Of a DNA stretch of 64,000 nucleotides, positions 11,054 through 19,910 are shown one piece after another. Location: the NCBI GenBank assembly GCA_963727825.1, contig CAVSHO010000007.1, positions 160,001 to 224,000 on the forward strand, in the 5' to 3' direction. Every line of letters starts with the position of its first letter. Position 1 is the first letter of the stretch. A program made the translations under genes and the position numbers. The stretch is from Ignavibacteriota bacterium. GTDB taxonomy: Bacteria > Bacteroidota > Ignavibacteria > UBA10030. The notes beneath the pieces are model-generated. The model was not told where the DNA came from, made no database searches, and saw only the letters and a list, made by a program, of their open reading frames with translations.

Positions 11054-11145
11054 TCTTGAAAAGAAACTTGCAGAGATGAAGAAGAAGGCGGCGGAGGAAG
11101 TATCTCGCATGGACGTATAGCGTTACATTCCTATAAATGTTTTTA

Positions 11146-11170
11146 GTCATTCCCGCGTACGCGGGAATCT
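11146..11170 (+). repeat. REP/dRS3-like palindrome, left copy
   Basis: GTCATTCCCGCGTACGCGGGAATCT, containing the ATTCCC-N8/9-GGGAAT type core. Confidence 0.85.
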
Positions 11171-11174
11171 TATT

Positions 11175-11516
11175 ATGAAAATCGACAAAACATATTATGT
11201 ATATATGCTTGCAAGCAAGAAGAACGGTGTCTTATATATTGGAATGACAAATGACCTTGAACGGCGAATTCATGAGCATCGAAGCGGGACCATCGATGGT
11301 TTTACGAGAACATATCACGTGAAGAGACTCGTGTACTATGAACTATTTGAGAAGCCATATGATGCTATTTGCCGTGAGAAAGCAATGAAGAAATGGTACA
11401 GAAAATGGAAGGTCGAATTAATTGAAGATAATAATCCTGAATGGAAAGATTTAATGTCAACTGACGGTACAATCCTCTCGATGGAGGAAGTAAGATACCC
11501 GCTTTCGCGGGTATGA
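11175..11516 (+). CDS. GIY-YIG nuclease (UPF0213/SLX1-like)
   Basis: YYVYML...LYIGMTNDLERRIHEH, AICREKAMKKWYRKWK, NNPEWKDL. Confidence 0.92.
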   Translation: MKIDKTYYVYMLASKKNGVLYIGMTNDLERRIHEHRSGTIDGFTRTYHVKRLVYYELFEKPYDAICREKAMKKWYRKWKVELIEDNNPEWKDLMSTDGTILSMEEVRYPLSRV

Positions 11517-11517
11517 C
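11493..11517 (-). repeat. REP/dRS3-like palindrome, right copy (inverted)
   Basis: Reverse complement GTCATACCCGCGAAAGCGGGTATCT; compensatory T-A to A-T stem change relative to the left copy. Confidence 0.85.
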
Positions 11518-11582
11518 AATAAGAATAGAGAAGGCGGCAGAGGAAGTATCAAATCAGAATAGAGAATCATAAGAGGTTTAAT

Positions 11583-12602
11583 ATGGGTAAAGATTTAACA
11601 ACTTCGAAGATAGACCGGCAAAATATACTGAATAATCCGTATGCTATCGAAGAAGTCAGAATAGCGACCGGAATCTCAGGGATCGTGTTCGAAGGAGAGT
11701 TTAAGTTCTTGAAGGATCAGCTTGCCAAATTCTTTGAAGTTGAACCCAGGACTATTGATAGATATATAGAAAACCAATCGGAAGAACTATCAACAAACGG
11801 ATATGAAGTCTTACGCGGTAACCGATTGAAGGAATTCAAGTTAGCACTGAAATCGGGGGATGTTAACGACATGAATGTCGTTAACAAGGCGCCACAAGTT
11901 GGAGTCTTTAACTTCCGTGCATTCTTAGACTTAGCGATGCTTTTAACCGAAAGTGATCGGGCAAAATCCCTTCGAAGCGTCATTTTGGACATTGTCATAG
12001 ATACGGTCAATAAAAAGACCGGTGGGGGGACCAAATATATCAATCAAAGAGATGAGGACTTTGTCGTCAATTTTCTTCGGGGAGAAGATTATCGCAAAGA
12101 ATTTACCGATGCTTTGCGCGATTATGTTGATATGGGGAAAGCAAAATATCCAATTTATACTGATAAGATCTATAAAAGTATATTTAAAGAAAACTCTCAG
12201 GATTACCGGCAAATTCTGAAGCTTCATAGCAAAGAAAATGTCCGTGAAACAATGTACGCAGAAGTATTACTGCTTATCTCTAGTTTCGAAGTTGGTTTTG
12301 CCGATGTTTTAAGAAAAGAATTTGAAAAATTAAATCGAAAATTAACACCTATCGAAGTGGATAAACTTTTCGCTGATTTTGAATCACAACGTCTTTGGCT
12401 TCCACAGATACAAGATGCCCGGACAAAAATGGCCAGCCGTGATCTTGGATTTAGAGAAGCATTGCATATCCGCCTGAAAGAATACATTAATGCTATTCCA
12501 CCTACAGATTTTGAGAGGTTTCTTGGAGAAAAGAGCAAGGATCTTTCTGCCAGATTGGAGGAAATGTCCGAGGTATTCAAACGCCTGAAAGACAGACAAT
12601 GA
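11583..12602 (+). CDS. DNA-binding protein (RhuM/DinD-like), putative partner of Doc
   Basis: HTH-like LAKFFEVEPRTIDRYI; ATGA overlap with the Fic/Doc gene. Confidence 0.65.
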   Translation: MGKDLTTSKIDRQNILNNPYAIEEVRIATGISGIVFEGEFKFLKDQLAKFFEVEPRTIDRYIENQSEELSTNGYEVLRGNRLKEFKLALKSGDVNDMNVVNKAPQVGVFNFRAFLDLAMLLTESDRAKSLRSVILDIVIDTVNKKTGGGTKYINQRDEDFVVNFLRGEDYRKEFTDALRDYVDMGKAKYPIYTDKIYKSIFKENSQDYRQILKLHSKENVRETMYAEVLLLISSFEVGFADVLRKEFEKLNRKLTPIEVDKLFADFESQRLWLPQIQDARTKMASRDLGFREALHIRLKEYINAIPPTDFERFLGEKSKDLSARLEEMSEVFKRLKDRQ

Positions 12603-13045
12603 ATGTTGTTTACATCGATATTGATCAGGCGATTGAAACGCATCGATTAACCGTCCAAGTAAGTGGCGGCGGTCTATTATCAGTTATTGATGCCGGTAAA
12701 TTGGAAAGTGTTCTCGCACATATTCAAAACGATGACTACTATCCCTCTTTTGTTGATAAATTGACTCACTTAGTTTTTTCGGCCAACAAATTCCATTGTT
12801 TTTCTGATGGAAATAAAAGAATAGCTATCTCGCTTGGTGCTCAGTTTCTTCTTTTAAACGGCTATGTATTTATCGCACGCCGGTTTATTCAAGAAATGGA
12901 AAATATCAGTTATCACGTAGCAGCAGGAAAGATTGATAAAGATTTTCTCAAGGAAATAATCACTTCCATCATTTATGAACCGGACTATCCAGAAGATCTA
13001 AAATTAAAAATATACGATGCGATAAAAGACGATGTAAATCCTTAG
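12599..13045 (+). CDS. Fic/Doc family toxin
   Basis: HCFSDGNKRIA is a Doc-type HxFxDGNKR motif. Confidence 0.9.
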   Translation: MNVVYIDIDQAIETHRLTVQVSGGGLLSVIDAGKLESVLAHIQNDDYYPSFVDKLTHLVFSANKFHCFSDGNKRIAISLGAQFLLLNGYVFIARRFIQEMENISYHVAAGKIDKDFLKEIITSIIYEPDYPEDLKLKIYDAIKDDVNP

Positions 13046-13056
13046 GAGAAGATCAA

Positions 13057-13242
13057 TTGGAAGAAGAAAAGAAAGAGATTCAACCCACCATCGGCGAATA
13101 TCAGGGCAAGCCGATCATACGCATCCCAACCGTAGATAATCCGAATCCAGAGACCACATGGCATTGGATGTCGTTTGGAAAGAACAAAGCGAAAGCGATT
13201 GTTAAATATTTCGAGGCAATCAAAAAGTTTGCATATGAATAA
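13057..13242 (+). CDS. Small hypothetical protein
   Basis: AGGAG RBS, TTG start, 61 aa, directly downstream of doc. Confidence 0.65.
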   Translation: MEEEKKEIQPTIGEYQGKPIIRIPTVDNPNPETTWHWMSFGKNKAKAIVKYFEAIKKFAYE

Positions 13243-13343
13243 TCACCCACTCCACCTATACCATCATATCCCGCATCAACAACGGCGAGTTGTTATAGAT
13301 GAATTGTGGCTGTCGAAAAGATAGATATATGAAAGGAAAAACT

Positions 13344-14174
13344 ATGAAGAAGAAAATATTTATCGGCATCGGAATAGCAGTGCTTGTCGTACTCATAAGC
13401 GCAGTTATCATATTCTATCCTATGATCCGCTTTATGACACAGAAAGAAATTATCCAGATCGATCCAAACCTGACTTTGGTTATGGGTGGTGGCGGCAACA
13501 GCGGCATTGTCTTAGGCGATAGCGCTGTTGTTGTTATCGATACAAAGATGATGAGTCCTTCTGAAGACCTATACAAACTTGCAAAGGAAAAGGCGGGTCA
13601 GAAACCTATTATCGTAATCAACACACATTATCATAAAGATCACGTAAGTGGAAATAAGTTCTATAAGGGAAGCAGAATCTATATCGGGAGTTATGAAAAA
13701 GATTTTATCCAGAAAAATGTTGATGCAGAGAATCAACCAACAGATTTTGTGAAGGACAGTCTATTGATTGATCTTGGCAATGAGAAAGTGCATCTGTATA
13801 ACATTGGCCAGGGTCATACGATGAATGATCTTGTAGTCTATCTATCAAACCATCGTATCTTGTTCACCGGAGATTTAGTTTTCAATCGAATTAATCCTGT
13901 ATTAAAGAAAGAGAGCGGGGCAAATGTACTTCGTTGGATAGGTTTATTGGATACAATTTTAAATCGCTGGGGAGATAGTAAAATTGTTCCTGGGCACGGT
14001 CAGGTGGGTAATAAAGAAATAGTGGCTTCTATGCGCCAATATTTTGTTGATATGATAGCCGCTGTAACAGACCCGAGTAAAATGGACAAATATAAAGATT
14101 GGATGACTATGCCGAATATGGCATCGCCGGAAAAGACGATCGAGTATATAAAGGGCTCTGAAATAAAAAAATGA
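13344..14174 (+). CDS. Metallo-beta-lactamase-fold hydrolase, membrane-anchored
   Basis: THYHKDH, GHT, GDL and PGHG motifs; N-terminal TM; start chosen at MKKKIF after AAGGA. Confidence 0.85.
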   Translation: MKKKIFIGIGIAVLVVLISAVIIFYPMIRFMTQKEIIQIDPNLTLVMGGGGNSGIVLGDSAVVVIDTKMMSPSEDLYKLAKEKAGQKPIIVINTHYHKDHVSGNKFYKGSRIYIGSYEKDFIQKNVDAENQPTDFVKDSLLIDLGNEKVHLYNIGQGHTMNDLVVYLSNHRILFTGDLVFNRINPVLKKESGANVLRWIGLLDTILNRWGDSKIVPGHGQVGNKEIVASMRQYFVDMIAAVTDPSKMDKYKDWMTMPNMASPEKTIEYIKGSEIKK

Positions 14175-14222
14175 AAAACAATTATTGCCAGTTTAAAATC
14201 AAATACATTTAATAGTAAAGAG

Positions 14223-16391
14223 GTGTTTATGCAATACTATAAGAACTTACCAATTGGCCAATTTATTGTCCTCGTTAGTTTATCGATTATCTTAATCTCA
14301 GGGTGTTCAAGATCGAAGCTTGTATATCCAGTTACAGAACGGAAACCCGTGACAGACGATTACTATGGCACAAAGGTTGTAGACGAATATCGCTGGCTTG
14401 ACAATCTCAGCGATCTGGCAGTTCGGCAATGGAACAATGAACAAAACGCTTTCAGCCGAAAACACTTCGATAATATCCCGGCGCTTCCCCTCATTCGAGA
14501 ACGATTAAAGCAGCTGTACAGTATCCAATCCGTGGATTATAGTTCTCTGGTTATGTGCAAAAAACTCTTTGCACTGAAATTTCAACCGTCGAAGGATCAA
14601 CCATTTATCGTGGTTTTCGATTCGCCGGAAAACCTCCAATCGGAAAAAGTGGTCGTTGATCCGAACGAACTCAATCCAAAAGGGACAACAGCTATTGATT
14701 GGTTTGTTCCATCGCTTGATGGCAGTATGATCGCAGTGTCGCTTTCGGAGAATGGAAGCGAGAACGGATCAGTGCATGTGTTTGAGGTGGCAACAGGCAA
14801 AGAGATAGCGGAGGTTATTCCGCGTGTCCAATATCCCACGGGCGGCGGAAGTCTGGCATGGAACAAAGACGGAACAGGATTCTTTTACACGCGATACCCG
14901 CATGGGAATGAACGCCCCGCGGAAGATATGAACTTCTACCAGCAAGTGTATTATCACAAGCTGGGGACTCCAGTATCGAAAGATGCTTATGTCATCGGTA
15001 AAGAGTTCCCGCGGATTGCCGAGGTCGCTCTTTTCTCGAGCAAAGATGGGAGGTACATTCTGGCGCAGGTTGCAAACGGAGACGGTGGCGAATTTGCGCA
15101 CTTTCTGATGAAACCCGGCGGAAAGTGGGTGCAGATCACACAATTCTCCGATAAAGTTACTACTGGCGTTTTTGGCAAAGAGATGCTCTATCTTCTTTCA
15201 CACCAGAATGCTCCTAAAGGAAAAATTCTTGCTCTCCCGCTTGCGAGCCCGCAGTTTCAGGAGGCGAAGGTGATTGTGCCGGAGAGCGACGTCTCTATCT
15301 CAAATGTTGCCGCCGGAGAGAAGAACATCTGCATCGTCGATATGAATGGAGGACCTTCGCAAATCCGAATTGTCAACATCGCTGACAAAACAGTGAAACC
15401 TGTACCGATTCAATCGATCTCTTCCGTGAACGAAGTTGTCCTCCTGGATCATGATGAATTGTTGTTTCTTATTGAAACGTATCTTACTCCTCCTCTCTGG
15501 TACCGGTACAGTCCGGTCAGTCAAGCAGTGGCGAAGGTTTCCCTCAATCCGGCATCACCTGACGTATTTGGTGATATAGAGGTAGTACGGGAGTATGCGG
15601 TCTCGAAAGACGGAACGAAGATTCCCGTAAACATTCTCCGTCGGAGAGGAATAGAACTGAACGGCAAGAATCCAACCATTCTTTACGGATACGGCGGGTA
15701 CGCACTTTCCGAAACTCCGAGTTTCCGGATACGGCGATTGGTCTGGTTAGAGCAAGGCGGTGTCTATGTGATCGCAAATTTACGCGGCGGAGGAGAATAC
15801 GGCGAGGAGTGGCACAATCAAGGCAGACTAACAAAAAAACAAAATGTATTCGACGACTTTATTGCATGCGCGGAATTTCTGATTAATGCGAAATACACAA
15901 GCCCATCGAATCTGGCAATCGAGGGCGGGAGTAATGGAGGGCTGCTGATGGGAGCCGTACTCACGCAGCGTCCGGAACTTTTTAGGGCAGTTGTCAGCAG
16001 TGTTGGCATCTATGATATGCTGCGTGTGGAGCTCTTTCCAAACGGTGCATTTAATGTTACCGAGTACGGAACGGTAAAAGATCCGGAACAATTCAAAGCG
16101 CTCTATGCCTATTCTCCTTACCATCACGTTGTTGACGGCACGTCATATCCTGCCGTGCTTTTTATGACGGGCGACAATGATGGACGTGTCGATCCTGCAA
16201 ATTCACGAAAGATGATGGCGCGTCTTCAAGCAGCATCGAGCTCGCAGTATCCGCTTCTGTTACGGACAGATTCTAATGTGGGTCATGGAATCGGAACGGG
16301 ATTAAGTACACGGGTTGTTCAAAATGCAGATATGTATGCATTTCTCTTTGAGCAATTGGGAGTAACATATAAGAATGTGAGCGGGAAGTAA
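14223..16391 (+). CDS. Prolyl oligopeptidase (S9A), lipoprotein
   Basis: GGSNGG nucleophile motif, DGRV, GHG; lipobox LISGC. Confidence 0.93.
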   Translation: MFMQYYKNLPIGQFIVLVSLSIILISGCSRSKLVYPVTERKPVTDDYYGTKVVDEYRWLDNLSDLAVRQWNNEQNAFSRKHFDNIPALPLIRERLKQLYSIQSVDYSSLVMCKKLFALKFQPSKDQPFIVVFDSPENLQSEKVVVDPNELNPKGTTAIDWFVPSLDGSMIAVSLSENGSENGSVHVFEVATGKEIAEVIPRVQYPTGGGSLAWNKDGTGFFYTRYPHGNERPAEDMNFYQQVYYHKLGTPVSKDAYVIGKEFPRIAEVALFSSKDGRYILAQVANGDGGEFAHFLMKPGGKWVQITQFSDKVTTGVFGKEMLYLLSHQNAPKGKILALPLASPQFQEAKVIVPESDVSISNVAAGEKNICIVDMNGGPSQIRIVNIADKTVKPVPIQSISSVNEVVLLDHDELLFLIETYLTPPLWYRYSPVSQAVAKVSLNPASPDVFGDIEVVREYAVSKDGTKIPVNILRRRGIELNGKNPTILYGYGGYALSETPSFRIRRLVWLEQGGVYVIANLRGGGEYGEEWHNQGRLTKKQNVFDDFIACAEFLINAKYTSPSNLAIEGGSNGGLLMGAVLTQRPELFRAVVSSVGIYDMLRVELFPNGAFNVTEYGTVKDPEQFKALYAYSPYHHVVDGTSYPAVLFMTGDNDGRVDPANSRKMMARLQAASSSQYPLLLRTDSNVGHGIGTGLSTRVVQNADMYAFLFEQLGVTYKNVSGK

Positions 16392-16434
16392 GCGTTTAAT
16401 GGAAAATGCCGATTAGTATGAAACGAAAAAACAA

Positions 16435-16520
16435 CTCAACCCGCATGTCCTGCAAAGGACATGCGGGTTCTGAGCCAAAGGCTCATGCGCCTCTAGCGCA
16501 GAGTTCCACTCTCGGCACAA
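16435..16520 (+). pseudogene. tRNA-Leu-like 3' remnant interrupted by a 30-bp double hairpin
   Basis: Variable-arm-like TGTCCTGCAAAGGACA, then GCGGGTTC[insert 16471-16500]GAGTTCCACTCTCGGCACAA; no intact D arm or anticodon stem. Confidence 0.5.
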
Positions 16521-16617
16521 TTTACAAAGATCAAATGTCACATCTGCTTACATTATTAAATTAGATCATGTATTTATTCCTTACCTTATATTGCTTTAAT
16601 CACTAAAAGGAATATCA

Positions 16618-17118
16618 ATGAAAACCTCGTTTCTTTTCTTACTTGTTCTAATACTACTTTTCGGTTCATCATCTGCAAAACAACTTGCTGATTCCACAAG
16701 ATTAACTTCTGAACAAAACCAGAAGTTTGATCCGGCACGCGATGCAAAGAAAGATATTCAAGCTGCCATAAGTCGGGCGCAAAAATCTAACAAACGCATA
16801 CTTCTTGATGTTGGCGGTGAATGGTGCATCTGGTGCCACCGCCTCGATAGTCTGTTTCTTCAAAACAAAGATCTTGCAGAGTATTTGAACAAGCATTATG
16901 TTGTCATTAAGATTAATGTGAGCAAAGAGAATATGAATCAGGAATTTCTATCAAAATATCCTAAGGTAGCTGGGTATCCACACCTCTTTGTATTAGATAG
17001 AAACGGTAAATTGCTGCATTCACAAGATACAGGGGAATTAGAGTATCCTAAAAATTATCCTATCAAAGGGCACGATAAGAAAAAAGTATTTAACTTCTTA
17101 AAAAAGTGGGCAAAGTAA
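16618..17118 (+). CDS. Exported thioredoxin-family protein
   Basis: Signal peptide, WCIWC, YPHL cis-Pro loop. Confidence 0.88.
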   Translation: MKTSFLFLLVLILLFGSSSAKQLADSTRLTSEQNQKFDPARDAKKDIQAAISRAQKSNKRILLDVGGEWCIWCHRLDSLFLQNKDLAEYLNKHYVVIKINVSKENMNQEFLSKYPKVAGYPHLFVLDRNGKLLHSQDTGELEYPKNYPIKGHDKKKVFNFLKKWAK

Positions 17119-17141
17119 GTTTTAATCTTTGCGAGGCATAT

Positions 17142-17372
17142 ATGACATCGGTCGAACAGCGCAAGATGGTTCAGAAACTAAAGTCAATTGTTATGAAGAT
17201 GAGTGTCGATGAAAGGCAGGCGTTTGAGATGATGGCAAAACGAGACCGCGACGATGAAGAACTTGATTCGCTATCAATGACGAAGTTGAAACAACTGCAC
17301 ATAAAGTTTTTTCCGAAGCACTCAAAACAAGATCTCGAAGATGCTTGGAATAAGCTATCAAAAGGGAAATAA
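17142..17372 (+). CDS. Small hypothetical protein
   Basis: GAGG RBS before MTSVEQ; helical charged 76 aa. Confidence 0.6.
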   Translation: MTSVEQRKMVQKLKSIVMKMSVDERQAFEMMAKRDRDDEELDSLSMTKLKQLHIKFFPKHSKQDLEDAWNKLSKGK

Positions 17373-17386
17373 TCAGGGAAAAACAC

Positions 17387-18358
17387 ATGGAATATAGAGC
17401 TTTTGGAAAAACAGGAATAACTATTTCAGAAATTGGCTATGGAGCATGGGGAATTGGCGGTGCAATGTGGCAGGACTCGAAAGATGATGAATCACTTCGT
17501 GCGTTACATCGCGCAATTGATCTTGGTTTGAATTTTATCGACACGGCATTAGTGTATGGCAATGGGCATTCTGAGAATTTGGTCGGAAAGGTGATCAAAG
17601 AACGGAAGGAGCGATTATTTGTTACGTCGAAAATCCCGCCGAAAAACCTCAAATGGCCTGCTCAGCCTGGAACAGCTTTGCGAGATACTTTTCCTTTTGA
17701 TCATATCATCAAATGCACAGAAATGAGTTTGAAAAACCTTGGCGTTGATACGATTGATGTGCAGCAATTCCACGTGTGGGATGATTCTTGGGCAGCAGAA
17801 ACCGAGTGGCAGGATGCAGTTGCCAAATTAAAAGAACAAGGAAAAATACGTTTCTTCGGAATGTCTCTTAATAATCACGAGCCGGATAATGCCCTGAAAG
17901 TGGCTGCAACCGGACTAGTTGATTCATTTCAGGTTATCTATAATATTTATGATCAGACGCCGGAGAAAAACCTCTTTCCACTATGCCAAAAGAATAATAT
18001 CGGCATCATTGTGCGTGTGCCGTTAGATGAAGGCGGATTGTCAGGAAATATTACTGTGGACACAAAATTTCCCGCAGGCGATTTCCGTAACACTTATTTT
18101 CGAGACAATCGGAAACAACAAGTTGTCGAGCATGCTGATGCACTCAAGAAACTTCTCGGTAAGGAAGCTGCAAAATTACCCGAGCTTGCTCTAAGATTTT
18201 GTTTACACCATCCCGCAGTTTCTACTGCTATTCCGGGGATGCGCAGCATTTCTAATGTTGAAGCGAATTGCGCGCTTTCTGATGGAAGAAAATTAAGTGA
18301 ATCTCTCATTGCTGAATTGCATAATCATAAATGGGAACGAGATTTTTATCAAGGATGA
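17387..18358 (+). CDS. Aldo/keto reductase
   Basis: GYGAWGIG, DTALVYG, PGMRS motifs. Confidence 0.93.
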   Translation: MEYRAFGKTGITISEIGYGAWGIGGAMWQDSKDDESLRALHRAIDLGLNFIDTALVYGNGHSENLVGKVIKERKERLFVTSKIPPKNLKWPAQPGTALRDTFPFDHIIKCTEMSLKNLGVDTIDVQQFHVWDDSWAAETEWQDAVAKLKEQGKIRFFGMSLNNHEPDNALKVAATGLVDSFQVIYNIYDQTPEKNLFPLCQKNNIGIIVRVPLDEGGLSGNITVDTKFPAGDFRNTYFRDNRKQQVVEHADALKKLLGKEAAKLPELALRFCLHHPAVSTAIPGMRSISNVEANCALSDGRKLSESLIAELHNHKWERDFYQG

Positions 18359-18431
18359 TCTATGTAATTTCTGGGATTACATGGAAAACTTAATGTAAAG
18401 CAATCTGCTCACTATTTCTTAATATAATAAG

Positions 18432-18956
18432 ATGGAGTCAGCGATGAAAATCTTCCCATTGTTCTTATTGTTAATATTAGTATCCTGCGTCTCGGATAAA
18501 AAGAAGACAACTGATGCTATGTCTGGAGACGTTGCAATGATTGAGCGTGAGATTGCTGATTTTCACCAAGCACTCAAACGAGCGTATAATGGTGCTTCCA
18601 TTAACACCGACAGCTTGATGGATAATTTCTTTGGGAGAGATGTGTATTATGTAACCTATTGGGGAATGACCGAACCAATCGATTCGACAAAATCGCGTTT
18701 ACGTCGTGCATTGCCCTTAATTAAAGATTATGATAACCGGATAGAAAACGTGAGCGTTAAAGTCTATGGCGATGGAGCCTATGCCTTTTTTATCTTGCGT
18801 CAGACATACACATTAAACGGTGTTCTCATGGATGAATACCTTCCAACGACATTTGTTTTTGAGCGTCGTGAGAATCGTTGGATAGTAGTGCATTCGCAGC
18901 GTTCAGCTGATTTTCAAACTATTCAACAGCTAATGAATGTGGCAAAACGACAATAA
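18432..18956 (+). CDS. NTF2/SnoaL-like lipoprotein
   Basis: Lipobox LVSC; C-terminal TFVFERRENRWIVVHSQRS. Confidence 0.7.
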   Translation: MESAMKIFPLFLLLILVSCVSDKKKTTDAMSGDVAMIEREIADFHQALKRAYNGASINTDSLMDNFFGRDVYYVTYWGMTEPIDSTKSRLRRALPLIKDYDNRIENVSVKVYGDGAYAFFILRQTYTLNGVLMDEYLPTTFVFERRENRWIVVHSQRSADFQTIQQLMNVAKRQ

Positions 18957-19022
18957 AAGCGATTGGATAATAGAACAAATGGGAAGAAATGAATTGGTAT
19001 ACAGAAGTTGATTTTAAACGCA

Positions 19023-19053
19023 AAGCCCCTCCAATAATTAACTGAAGGGGCTT
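19023..19053. terminator. Hairpin between convergent genes
   Basis: AAGCCCCT...AGGGGCTT. Confidence 0.6.
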
Positions 19054-19077
19054 CGTAGTAAAAATATGTGTAGAGAT

Positions 19078-19272
19078 TTAAAGTTCTTCTGACGCTGCAC
19101 GTATAGTCCGGCGAATTGCTTTTGCCTGCTTCATACGCTTCTTGACCGAAGGTTTTGTGAAAAATGCACGTTTCTTCACTTCCTTTAGAATACCCGATCG
19201 TTCATATTTCTTTTTAAACCGGCGTAATGCACGATCTATAGGTTCATTCTCACCAATAATAATGCCGACCAA
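19078..19272 (-). CDS. rpsU: 30S ribosomal protein S21
   Basis: IDRALRRFKKK...FFTKPS; TTG start after GGAGGTG. Confidence 0.95.
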   Translation of the reverse strand: MVGIIIGENEPIDRALRRFKKKYERSGILKEVKKRAFFTKPSVKKRMKQAKAIRRTIRAASEEL

Positions 19273-19304
19273 GAAATCACCTCCTTCACTCAAGATTACA
19301 TTTT

Positions 19305-19721
19305 TTATACAGCTTCGTTTTCAATTGCTTCTTCTACTATATTTTCCAATAATTTCCGCTCACCAAGTTTCTCGAACGCGACAATGATAGAATGAACTCC
19401 GTTCGACATTTTATCTTTTCCAATAACTCTTCCCATATCATCCAAATCCGAGTGATAAATCTGCTCGCCGATATTAAATATCTTATATTTGGAGTACGGA
19501 GTGCATTGTTCACGAATGAGAGCTGCGGCTTGAACCTTCTTCTTCGTTTGACTGGCAAGAGAAAGGGTCAACAGAGCTGTGTGTTTGCACTTGCCGCATC
19601 GGTACCACATTTTTACGGTCTCAGCGTCGTTATTCACATTCGGTTGATCGCCTACAAATTCCATTTTTGTTTCCCGCCGGCAGTATGCACATTGATGCAT
19701 GATGTATTTTGTTTTTGCCAT
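19305..19721 (-). CDS. Zn-ribbon hypothetical protein
   Basis: CAYC...CGKC pairs plus a small C-terminal beta-rich domain. Confidence 0.7.
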   Translation of the reverse strand: MAKTKYIMHQCAYCRRETKMEFVGDQPNVNNDAETVKMWYRCGKCKHTALLTLSLASQTKKKVQAAALIREQCTPYSKYKIFNIGEQIYHSDLDDMGRVIGKDKMSNGVHSIIVAFEKLGERKLLENIVEEAIENEAV

Positions 19722-19910
19722 ATTAATTCCCTATAAAATCTTTTCGGGGACTGTTTCAGATTGGCCGATTCAGCGTGAATGATATAGGAGTATGCCAACT
19801 GTTTTTAAAGGTACGTAAAAATGAATGGTAAGTCAAGCCGCTGGAAATTTTGACTTTTAGCCTTTTTTTGCTATACTTTATACTTGAATGAAACATATAT
19901 GAAGTAAAGG

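Larger units (their letters stand above)
11083..11550. mobile_element. Putative GIY-YIG/REP cassette bounded by 22-bp direct repeats
   Basis: AGAAGGCGGC(G/A)GAGGAAGTATC at 11083-11104 and 11529-11550. Confidence 0.6.

Noticed and set aside
13250-13300. CTATAC...GTTATAG as an attC site
   Set aside because: Too short (about 43 bp) and no convincing L boxes
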